Source of the DNA: Botryllus schlosseri
Taxonomy: Eukaryota
NCBI GenBank assembly: GCA_051294905.1
Contig: CM119385.1
Span: 11,036,001 to 11,100,000, forward strand
Reading direction: 5' to 3'
DNA: 64,000 nucleotides
In this document: piece by piece, positions 34,004 to 41,672 of the stretch
Layout of the letters: every line of letters begins with the position of its first letter
Numbering within the stretch: the first letter of the stretch is position 1
Program-made: the position numbers and the translations under genes
The notes under the pieces: generated by a model
Seen by the model: only the letters and a program-made list of their open reading frames with translations
Told to the model about the DNA's origin: nothing
Database searches by the model: none

Positions 34004-35001
34004 CGCAAGACTATTTCGATCCCCGCAAACCAAACTCCTATAGAGGAGCTTATTTACAGAAAGACAAAGAATGGTTGAAATCAGAACAAAGTTATACCCT
34101 GCATTTTCCTATACGAAAAAAATTTACTCGCGAGAAGGTGGTAGTCTCTGGAATTGATAGTCAGTTTCAGAGCGATTTGATTGATGTGCAGTCTATTTCT
34201 AAATACAATCGTGGATTTAGATATCTGGCTTTGGTTATTGATACGTTTTCAAAGTTTGTGTGGTTGATTCCAATTAAAGATAAAACTGGTCGCAGTATGA
34301 TTTCTGCTTTCCGACAAGTGTTCAATGAGAGGCTGCCTTTAGTGTTGCAGACTGATAGAGGTACAGAATATACCAATCGAGCTTTTCAAAACTTTCTCAA
34401 GAAAAATAAAGTTCGTTACTTTTACACAAAAAGCGAATTGAAGTCGTCTCTCGCCGAGCGCTGTATTAGGACTTTCAAGGCAATCTTGTACCGCTATTTC
34501 ACAAAGAATAACACCAGTAAATACATCGACGTGCTACAGGATTTCGTATATTCCTATAATCACACCAAACATACGTCGTTAGGTATGGCTCCTAGTCAAG
34601 TCAATTCACACAATCAAGAAGCTATTTGGCAAAAAATGTACGGGTTTCGACAAGCTACACTTCCCACACTGACGAAAGGGACAGCCGTACGCATTTCGAA
34701 AATTCGCGGGCTTTTTGAAAAGAGCAGTAGACCCAATTGGACAACTGAGATATTTTATATCATCGACGCAATGGCTGGTGACCCTCCGATGTATCACCTG
34801 CGTGACTATAATCATGATGTCATCGATGGGAGGTTTTACAGAGAAGAACTACAGGTAGTGACCGAACCTACAGAGTGGCGTGTTGAAAAGATTATAAAGA
34901 GACGTCAACGCGGCAAACACCGTCAGTATTTAGTGAAATGGGTAGGATATGGATCAGAATTCAATTCCTGGGTCGATCAAAAAGATATCGTCAAACCGTA
35001 A
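33994..35001 (+). CDS. Retroviral-type (rve) DDE integrase with C-terminal chromodomain, 335 aa
   Basis: QSDLID, QTDRGTEY and AERCIRT catalytic motifs; chromodomain WRVEKII...YLVKWVGY...NSWV. Confidence 0.95.
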   Translation: MDMTQDYFDPRKPNSYRGAYLQKDKEWLKSEQSYTLHFPIRKKFTREKVVVSGIDSQFQSDLIDVQSISKYNRGFRYLALVIDTFSKFVWLIPIKDKTGRSMISAFRQVFNERLPLVLQTDRGTEYTNRAFQNFLKKNKVRYFYTKSELKSSLAERCIRTFKAILYRYFTKNNTSKYIDVLQDFVYSYNHTKHTSLGMAPSQVNSHNQEAIWQKMYGFRQATLPTLTKGTAVRISKIRGLFEKSSRPNWTTEIFYIIDAMAGDPPMYHLRDYNHDVIDGRFYREELQVVTEPTEWRVEKIIKRRQRGKHRQYLVKWVGYGSEFNSWVDQKDIVKP

Positions 35002-35161
35002 CTTTTATCAATTCATCGCTCAAGTCGTGGTTATATTGATCATAGTGATTTTTTCACTCTACAATTTAACAATCGTTCAAGAAAACAAGGAGCTTTGGGT
35101 ATCGTTATTATCGTCGTGTGTGGGTTATATGTTACCAGCTCCAAAAATACCTAAACTATGA
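34949..35161 (+). CDS. Small two-TM membrane protein
   Basis: FIAQVVVILIIVIFSLYNL and LWVSLLSSCVGYMLPAP; TATGA overlap with the penton-1 start; typical Maverick small hydrophobic ORF. Confidence 0.7.
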   Translation: MDQNSIPGSIKKISSNRNFYQFIAQVVVILIIVIFSLYNLTIVQENKELWVSLLSSCVGYMLPAPKIPKL

Positions 35162-35979
35162 GTTATGTGACGTTATTTTCCAATGCTTCTATGGACATGT
35201 TTCCTGGCAATACAACCGCAGAATATGTCAACGAAATGCAGACGGCTAGAAATGTAGAGAGAAATGAAGTCGCTCTGACGGAGATCAGTTTTCCAAGAGA
35301 TTTTGAAAAACGTATCGAGTCACAAGCTTCTTTCGGATTCCAAATTACGGGTATCGAACAAAGCTTTAGACGATTCCGGTTGAAAACAGGACAATATGAC
35401 TCGCTCTACGCCATGTTAAAAACCTTGGAAAGTATCAACCCTGATGTAGCAGTAAAATGTTTTCCTGAGAGCAATACCCTAACTGTGTCAATTCCACACG
35501 AAGACATCGCAGATATTTTATATCCAGGAGTGGATACGCAATGCAATATCGTGACTGCAGAGAACGATTATACAGCAACGTTGAAGAATATAGAAATTCC
35601 AGATGCCTATACTCTCGCGACTTTTGTGCTACCAAATACAGCAGCGCTATCCGCATATTCTTTCTCAAAGAAAAAAATACATTTCAATTTCGATATAACA
35701 CCCTTACCGTCGATTGACTTTGTATACGTTCATTGCGATATTATTGAACCGCAAGAATCCAATGGTACATTACAGCGCCTATTGCGAGTGGTGAAAGTCG
35801 AGGGAGATAAGAAGGCGTTTTCCAAATACTACATAAAGCCTTTCTTTTTCCCTGTAAATATAAATAGATTGGAGCGTATAAAAATATCTTTGTTGAATGA
35901 TAAGGCTGAAAAAATTCCTTTTCGGAGTGCACCGTCTAGTGCTGTATTGCAATTTCGAAAGCGTGCTATTGCGTTATGA
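35158..35979 (+). CDS. Minor capsid protein (penton) 1, 273 aa
   Basis: N-terminal YVTLFSNASMDMFPGNT and C-terminal VYVHCDIIEPQ...LLRVV...IKISLLNDK...VLQFRK match the Maverick penton pattern. Confidence 0.9.
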   Translation: MSYVTLFSNASMDMFPGNTTAEYVNEMQTARNVERNEVALTEISFPRDFEKRIESQASFGFQITGIEQSFRRFRLKTGQYDSLYAMLKTLESINPDVAVKCFPESNTLTVSIPHEDIADILYPGVDTQCNIVTAENDYTATLKNIEIPDAYTLATFVLPNTAALSAYSFSKKKIHFNFDITPLPSIDFVYVHCDIIEPQESNGTLQRLLRVVKVEGDKKAFSKYYIKPFFFPVNINRLERIKISLLNDKAEKIPFRSAPSSAVLQFRKRAIAL

Positions 35980-36708
35980 AATACATTCACATTAGCAGTT
36001 CGGAATCGGATTTTGTACTTGACTTGGCACGTCCCATCACCGGAAAATGGGAGTTGGGGCTTGCAGAATTTTCAGTTCGTAATCAGTTTCAAGCAACTTT
36101 ACCTCATTTCAATGGATTGTTATGGGAATTTCAAGAGGAAAAATCATCTGCTCTGTTGGCAGCGCAAAGCAATAATTATTTTTTCTATCCAAATGGGGAT
36201 TATTATGATTTCAAAAGCTTGATCGATAGAATCAATCGTAGTCAGACAAAGGTATGGATAAATCAGTTGTCAAGCTCCACGGCTATGCTAGTCATACCCC
36301 CTAGCGAAGCAGGTGCCTTTCCGAATTTCCGAAGAAATCCAAAGAGAATCAGAAACCCGGTTTTCGTATATGGGAATCTTAAACAACAACATTTACCGCA
36401 AGGAAAATATTTAACTTCGCAAATGTTCCTGCGAGATGGCATCGAGCCTATTAGTAATTTATTGGTCTATACCGATCTCATTCGACCGCAAACAGTCGGC
36501 GATACGAATGCACCGCTATTGCGAAATATCCCTATCACAGCAACATCACATTTTTGAGAAAATCTACTTTTTCCCTATGATTGCGGAATATGCCAATCGA
36601 ATTCGAATTAGTATTAGAGACGATAAAGGAGAATCTATAAATCTGAATGGTTCTGTAGTTCATATCACACTTGCTTTACGTCACGATGAGAGCACATTAC
36701 TGTTGTGA
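35976..36708 (+). pseudogene. Penton-like protein 2, frameshifted by a 17-bp deletion at 36542/36543
   Basis: ORF stops at 36557; the C-terminus continues in another frame to 36708. The inverted copy keeps GCTAACAATGAATACCA (24958-24974). Confidence 0.88.
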
Positions 36709-37054
36709 TCGTGAAGCTTTTCAACACTATTATCGAAATCAAAGCGGAGGGGACATAAACTACTTTCGAGGTCGAGTGCAAAGAGGTCACGGTCTAGGTA
36801 ATCTATTTCGCAGTTTGGGACGTAGTGTGGTACCCTTGATTTCCAAAGGAGCAAAAGCTCTGGGTAGACAACTACTTCACACCGGGGCTGAAGTCGCTTC
36901 TGACGTATTGGGAGGACAAAACATTGGAGAAAGCTTTAAAATCAGAGGAAAGCAAGCTGCTAGTCAAGCACTTGATAATTTCCTAGGGAAGAGAAAAGCA
37001 CCTAAAAAGAAAAATACCAAACGGAAAAAACGTCGCCGGGATATTTTTGATTAA
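36686..37054 (+). CDS. Cement/pX-pVI-like virion protein (start MRAHYCC)
   Basis: QSGG and QRGHGLG Gly motifs, amphipathic GLGNLFRSLGRSVVPLISKG helix, basic tail; lies just before hexon. Confidence 0.8.
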   Translation: MRAHYCCDREAFQHYYRNQSGGDINYFRGRVQRGHGLGNLFRSLGRSVVPLISKGAKALGRQLLHTGAEVASDVLGGQNIGESFKIRGKQAASQALDNFLGKRKAPKKKNTKRKKRRRDIFD

Positions 37055-37104
37055 ATACAAATAGCAAGCCTTCCTCTTTTCATTTACAAGTAGACCCGCG
37101 GAAC

Positions 37105-38382
37105 ATGACGGAGCTGATTCATAGCAAATCTGCTGAAGGTATTCATCCGTCTTTAGACCTTTTCCAGATACCACCTACTCAGACGAGTGTAGAGAAAAAA
37201 CGTATCATCAAGATACCCCCTGTTTCGGACAATGAATCCGTCATAACTTTCAGATACGAGGGGTGTGGAGATTTCATAGATCTAAGCGAATCTTATTTTT
37301 TATTTCGTTTGAAACTGTTGAAAGGCGATGCGGATTTAGTCGCAAATGATGATATTGGCGTTGTCAATAACATTTTAGATTCAATGATTTCACAACTTCA
37401 CATTAAAGTTGGAAATCACACGATCAAGCAGGATATAAAACTACAGGCGTATTCAGCCTACTTGAACTATCTGTTCGCCCCACAAGACGTACAAAAGTCA
37501 ACGCTTTTGACACAGGGTTGGGTCAAAGATACCCCTGAGCAATTAGATGATAAGGCTATAGGCGATGCTGCAGCTAACAAAGGTCACAACGCGAGAAGTT
37601 TGCCTTTTGCAATCAGTAAAGTTGTTGAAATTAGAGGCCGAATACATCACGGATTATGCTTACAAGACCGTTACATTCTGGACGAGGTACCCTTGGAGTT
37701 CGAACTCACTTTGAACCCGAAAAGTTTCTTTCTGTTTGGAGTGAATACTAGCAATTTCAAAATTATTAAAAAAGAGCTGCAATTGTGTGGTGTGAAAGTA
37801 AGCGAAGATGTGAAATCCGCTATGATGGTCGATGCTCCAGCTAGATATCCGTTTATGGACATGAAGCTTCTGACAAGAACTTTCGCAGCTAACACCACTC
37901 AAATCGATATTGGTAATCTGTATTCGGGTACTCTACCGACTCGTTTAATCATCGGTATGGTAGCGACTAAGGCATTCCAGGGTGCGTTCGATAAAAATCC
38001 ATACAATTTTATTCATAACAAAATGAAGCGTGTCGAATTGAAAGTCAATGGTTTCCTGATACCGGAAGGTGGATACGAACTTGATTTTGAAAACAATCAC
38101 TATTCTGAAGCCTATCTCAATATGGTTCAAGGCATAGGAGCTCTCGAAAAACAGATCGGAGTTCTCACCCCGAAGGAATTCGCTAATGGATATACTCTTC
38201 TAGTATATAACTTGCGAGCTGATGATTTAGACGACTGTTTCGAACTGCAGAAAAGCGGTACCCTTAGTCTGCGCATCACTTTTCCTGCTGATGGTGTCGC
38301 GAGCGAAACAACTCTGCTTTGTTTCATGGAATTTCAAAAAATACTGGAAATAAGCCAAGCTCGCACCGTTACTGTAATATGA
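37105..38382 (+). CDS. Major capsid protein (hexon, double jelly-roll), 425 aa
   Basis: SLDLFQIPPTQTSVE N-terminus, GTLPTRLIIGMV...AFQG..KNPYNF, and C-terminal GTLSLRITF...MEFQKILEI match the Maverick MCP pattern. Confidence 0.95.
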   Translation: MTELIHSKSAEGIHPSLDLFQIPPTQTSVEKKRIIKIPPVSDNESVITFRYEGCGDFIDLSESYFLFRLKLLKGDADLVANDDIGVVNNILDSMISQLHIKVGNHTIKQDIKLQAYSAYLNYLFAPQDVQKSTLLTQGWVKDTPEQLDDKAIGDAAANKGHNARSLPFAISKVVEIRGRIHHGLCLQDRYILDEVPLEFELTLNPKSFFLFGVNTSNFKIIKKELQLCGVKVSEDVKSAMMVDAPARYPFMDMKLLTRTFAANTTQIDIGNLYSGTLPTRLIIGMVATKAFQGAFDKNPYNFIHNKMKRVELKVNGFLIPEGGYELDFENNHYSEAYLNMVQGIGALEKQIGVLTPKEFANGYTLLVYNLRADDLDDCFELQKSGTLSLRITFPADGVASETTLLCFMEFQKILEISQARTVTVI

Positions 38383-38831
38383 ACGGACTAGAAATAGATG
38401 AAATATTGTATAGTTACGATTCCACCAAACGACATTATCTAGGAAATTTTCCTATTGATCGACTTCCTCGGCGACCGAAAGCTCCCTACTCATTAATCAT
38501 TAATTATGACGAGGCCGACGAACCAGGAAGTCACTGGGTATGCATCTACGCTGATGAATATGGAACTCATTATCATGACAGCTTCGGCATAACTCCGTTC
38601 AGAAACGAAATACCCTGTTTCTTAGAACCTGAAAAGTATACAAGTTCGATCAAACCATTACAGCACAAACGTTCAGAGGCTTGCGGAGCGCACGCAATTT
38701 CATTCCTAAGCTGCCGCAGTGATGGTATGAGCACGCTGTCTTATTTAGACCACTTCGGAAAAGATAAGAAACACAACGATAGTATAGTCTGGGACTTTGT
38801 TCAAAGATTGAAACGAAATGCGAGCAAATAG
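38379..38831 (+). CDS. Adenain-like cysteine maturation protease (start MNGLEI), 150 aa
   Basis: Catalytic H (GSHW), D (YHDSFG), Q (LQH) and C (SEACG); ATATGA overlap with the hexon stop. Confidence 0.93.
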   Translation: MNGLEIDEILYSYDSTKRHYLGNFPIDRLPRRPKAPYSLIINYDEADEPGSHWVCIYADEYGTHYHDSFGITPFRNEIPCFLEPEKYTSSIKPLQHKRSEACGAHAISFLSCRSDGMSTLSYLDHFGKDKKHNDSIVWDFVQRLKRNASK

Positions 38832-39135
38832 CTTCACTGTCATACAGTACTTTGGAGATGAGAAGATTCGACTGAAAATCAGAGAAAAAATCATTGTAAT
38901 GAATCCTGAACGCATTCACAGACTTTCATCTGATAGCTTTCATATACGTATTTATCCGCATGACCGAGATATTACATTATTCATTGGAACTGATTGGTTG
39001 CCTGTACGCTTTCCTAATCATTGTATGTACATAGACGTGTTATCGAAACATAGAATTGCTCAACAAATCAGTGAAGAATTTGTTGTTTTTCGTAGACTAA
39101 AAATCTGGGAATCTCTGACTAGATCGCGTATATAA
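38818..39135 (+). CDS. Orphan accessory protein, 105 aa
   Basis: ATG overlaps the protease end; beta-rich; no family recognised. Confidence 0.6.
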   Translation: MRANSFTVIQYFGDEKIRLKIREKIIVMNPERIHRLSSDSFHIRIYPHDRDITLFIGTDWLPVRFPNHCMYIDVLSKHRIAQQISEEFVVFRRLKIWESLTRSRI

Positions 39136-39252
39136 ATGGAAGATGCCGATGATATCTTAGCTGTCGTGTTCATCGTACTGCTTACTATTTGTTGTATACT
39201 GGAATGGGTATCATGTTGCTGTCAAGAACGTGAGCAAGCTAGTGAAGCATGA
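39136..39252 (+). CDS. 38-aa single-TM, Cys-rich micropeptide
   Basis: MEDADDILAVVFIVLLTICCILEWVSCCCQEREQASEA*; abuts the upstream stop (TAA-ATG) and overlaps the next start (ATGA). Confidence 0.6.
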   Translation: MEDADDILAVVFIVLLTICCILEWVSCCCQEREQASEA

Positions 39253-39566
39253 CCATGGCAAGAATTTCTGTTGCTACTCAGTTTGAGTCGAGTCGTAATT
39301 ATGAGGAAATGATTGTATTGCCCAACGTGAGATCAATTACCATTCCCTACACGTGTATACTTTTCCATTATGATAATAGAATTGTAGTGAAACCAATTGA
39401 AGATTGTGTTACATACCCATCGCGTAATATCATTGTCTGTAAAGACGAATATTATCGTGTGCTTTATAAATCGTGCTTGGTCATTGATTTCAAGGGCAAG
39501 GCGATTGTTGTTGGTAATATAATCCTATTCCAAGCGTTTTGTGATGGTCGTTTCATAACTCAATAA
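39249..39566 (+). CDS. Orphan accessory protein, 105 aa
   Basis: ATGA-coupled; stop lies within AATAAA, the likely end of the rightward transcription unit. Confidence 0.6.
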   Translation: MTMARISVATQFESSRNYEEMIVLPNVRSITIPYTCILFHYDNRIVVKPIEDCVTYPSRNIIVCKDEYYRVLYKSCLVIDFKGKAIVVGNIILFQAFCDGRFITQ

Positions 39567-39617
39567 ATCACTGACTCGTGTTCGGTTGTGTTTATCCATT
39601 AGGTAGTAGCAAAATGC

Positions 39618-39689
39618 AGATTCGTCCGGGATTTGAACCCGGGACCTCTCGCTCCCAAAGCGAGCATCATACCCCTAGACCAACGAATC
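39618..39689 (-). tRNA. tRNA-Pro(UGG), Maverick-encoded
   Basis: 72 nt: GATTCGT/ACGAATC acceptor stem, CTCGC-TTTGGGA-GCGAG anticodon arm, CCGGG-TTCAAAT-CCCGG T arm; A and B boxes intact; TTTT terminator 3 nt downstream. Confidence 0.93.
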
Positions 39690-39865
39690 AGCGCACAATG
39701 CAAGCTGCATCAGACCAGTGCAACTTCGTCAATAAATCACTAACTCGCGCTATTTTTCATATAACCAACACATTATGGAGTTTTTATTACAAAGATTGCG
39801 ATCCACAATCAATATTTACAAGGCATAAACAAGTCACAAGCAAATGATAGTTTTAATCATTGTAA

Positions 39866-40336
39866 TCACGCTGACAAATCGCAGTCGACTCTGGCATAGC
39901 GTTCGGTATATTGCTGAGCGCGTTTAAAGTAGAGTTGTCTATCTTCCAGATAGAGATGTGCACTTTCCGCATTCATAGGATCGTTTGGATTTGGTGCGCC
40001 AAGTAACGAAGATATTGATAGCAGCACAGTTGATGTAGTTAGCGCTGGTGACCATTGCTTCTGCAAAATATCCACGCATATAGTGCCTTTCACACTAATG
40101 TTCGGGTGAAATATATGAGTTTCAAATCTCATCTTCGGAGGTCGAAACGGATACTCTGTGGGATATTCTATTAATATTTTAAACACTCCTTTTTCGTATG
40201 GTGTTCCCTGGGGTCCTTCAATTGTTGCCCACCAACTAAATAGATTCGATTCGTCAATCGGTCCCGCTTTGATAGTAGAATCAGAACAATTCCGAAACTT
40301 TTCTCGCTCGAAACACAGTCTTTTCAAAGCACACAT
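39866..40336 (-). CDS. Ubiquitin-conjugating enzyme E2 (UBE2D/Ubc4-like), 156 aa from MCALKRL
   Basis: EGPQGTPYEKGVF, EYPFRPPK, HPNI...ICVDIL (catalytic Cys), WSPAL; intronless; ATTAAA/AATAAA downstream. Confidence 0.95.
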   Translation of the reverse strand: MCALKRLCFEREKFRNCSDSTIKAGPIDESNLFSWWATIEGPQGTPYEKGVFKILIEYPTEYPFRPPKMRFETHIFHPNISVKGTICVDILQKQWSPALTTSTVLLSISSLLGAPNPNDPMNAESAHLYLEDRQLYFKRAQQYTERYARVDCDLSA

Positions 40337-40405
40337 TCTGAGTGACAATCAAATTGAAATGATTGCGCCACCTTTGCGTCATTAGCACTTCAACGGAAAA
40401 AAGAG

Positions 40406-40477
40406 TGGAGAATACGGGAATTGAACCCGTGACCTTCTGCTTGCAAGACAGCTGCTCTACCGCTGAGCTAAATCCCC
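40406..40477 (-). tRNA. tRNA-Ala(UGC), Maverick-encoded
   Basis: 72 nt GGGGATTTAGCTCAGCGGTAGAGC...CTTGCAA...GGGTTCAATTCCCGTATTCTCCA; G3:U70 pair; A and B boxes; T6 terminator at 40397-40402. Confidence 0.88.
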
Positions 40478-40500
40478 AAGCGATAGTGACGGCTTAAATG

Positions 40501-40800
40501 TTAGTTTTGAGCAGTAGCATTAGCAAATTTATGAGATAGTTCTACTGTAGCTGTTGACTTGAAAACAACTCGATGTTCTTCTTTCGTTACTTCAGTATCG
40601 TATATCTTCATAGTTTTTCTTTCGTCTTGATCACATGGTACCAGCTCTGTATAATTACATCCTTCACATTCTACTATAGTGAAAGGATACGATATTTCCA
40701 TTACATCCACACCAACCATCTTCATACATTTCGAATATACTATCCATGATACGGCCTTGGATCCAATAAACTTACAACCGTTTATTCGCACGGAACCCAT
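40501..40800 (-). CDS. Orphan accessory protein, 99 aa (start MGSVRING), straddling the right TIR boundary
   Basis: TATAAAA ~40 bp upstream; the first 21 codons lie in the TIR, and the left copy stops at the junction (24559-24623). Confidence 0.65.
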   Translation of the reverse strand: MGSVRINGCKFIGSKAVSWIVYSKCMKMVGVDVMEISYPFTIVECEGCNYTELVPCDQDERKTMKIYDTEVTKEEHRVVFKSTATVELSHKFANATAQN

Positions 40801-41672
40801 GATGTAAATATAACAAATAGTAACTGCGATCGAGCTTTTATAAGTGATACCACGTGACAAAATGCCTCCATCCACCATTTTGTTCTATCCACTTTCGTTT
40901 TTTAGTAGCAATGTAATTCCCGAGTGTCTGTATGATAGCATCTATATCCCTGCCGTTATGCGCAGCCTCGTTATTGCGAGCAAGAATGCCGCCAAGCACA
41001 TAAAGAGACACAATCCGACCCCAATTTTCTTGACTATCTTTGAATATTTCATCGGCTATCATCAGGAACATTCGCTCAATGGGTGAATGTTCTTTATATT
41101 TCTCATTGACTTCACTATAACGAAGGCGCTTGGAGACTGCGTTTAGGATAGTTCGATATCGCTCAAATATTTCAGTAACAACTCGTCGTAAGGTTTTCTC
41201 CACCTGTGTATTTGCTTTAACGCTTGAGCCGTCGATTTCATACATGATAAAATTTCTAGCTAAGGAATATGCCGTGGATATAATTTCATCCTTTTCTTCA
41301 GTGAGCGCAGGTGATACTCGCAATAATTCCATGGTTTTGAAGATAACAGTGAGCATCAACTACGCTTGTGACGTAATCATGAATATGGTGCAATACGCAA
41401 TCATAGGTAATCAACTTACGCAATGACGTATAATGACGTAATCATTATACACATGCTGCAATACGCAATTATAGGTAATCAACTTACGCAATGACGTAAT
41501 AAATATCTCAGCGTTACTGGACTGGAACTATGCCATCTCTCACACAACCAAAACCTCTCTCGTATTGGAACCACACCCACTTCGTTCTGCATTCTGATTG
41601 GCTAACAGATGTCACGTGATCAAATACTCGACGCTGATTGGGGCGCGCCTCGTTACCGTGTATAATACTACT
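40739..41672 (-). repeat. Right terminal inverted repeat (934 bp)
   Basis: Reverse complement of 23686-24619; ends ...AATACTACT followed by the TSD GCCTTA. Confidence 0.95.
40838..41332 (-). CDS. Bcl-2 family protein, right TIR copy
   Basis: Translation identical to the left copy (NWGR, GGW). Confidence 0.9.
   Translation of the reverse strand: MELLRVSPALTEEKDEIISTAYSLARNFIMYEIDGSSVKANTQVEKTLRRVVTEIFERYRTILNAVSKRLRYSEVNEKYKEHSPIERMFLMIADEIFKDSQENWGRIVSLYVLGGILARNNEAAHNGRDIDAIIQTLGNYIATKKRKWIEQNGGWRHFVTWYHL

Larger units (their letters stand above)
23686..41672 (+). mobile_element. Complete Maverick/Polinton (adintovirus-like) endogenous viral element, 17,987 bp
   Basis: 6-bp TSD GCCTTA (23680-23685, 41673-41678); TIRs begin AGTAGTATT; encodes pPolB, ATPase, integrase, pentons, hexon and adenain. 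Confidence 0.97.

Noticed and set aside
39560-39620. tRNA-linked pre-miRNA (TMER-like) after the viral tRNAs
   Set aside because: Both tRNAs are followed within 3-4 nt by oligo-T terminators, leaving no room for a hairpin.
39578-39847. 89-aa ORF spanning the tRNA-Pro
   Set aside because: Antisense reading of the tRNA; no coding features.
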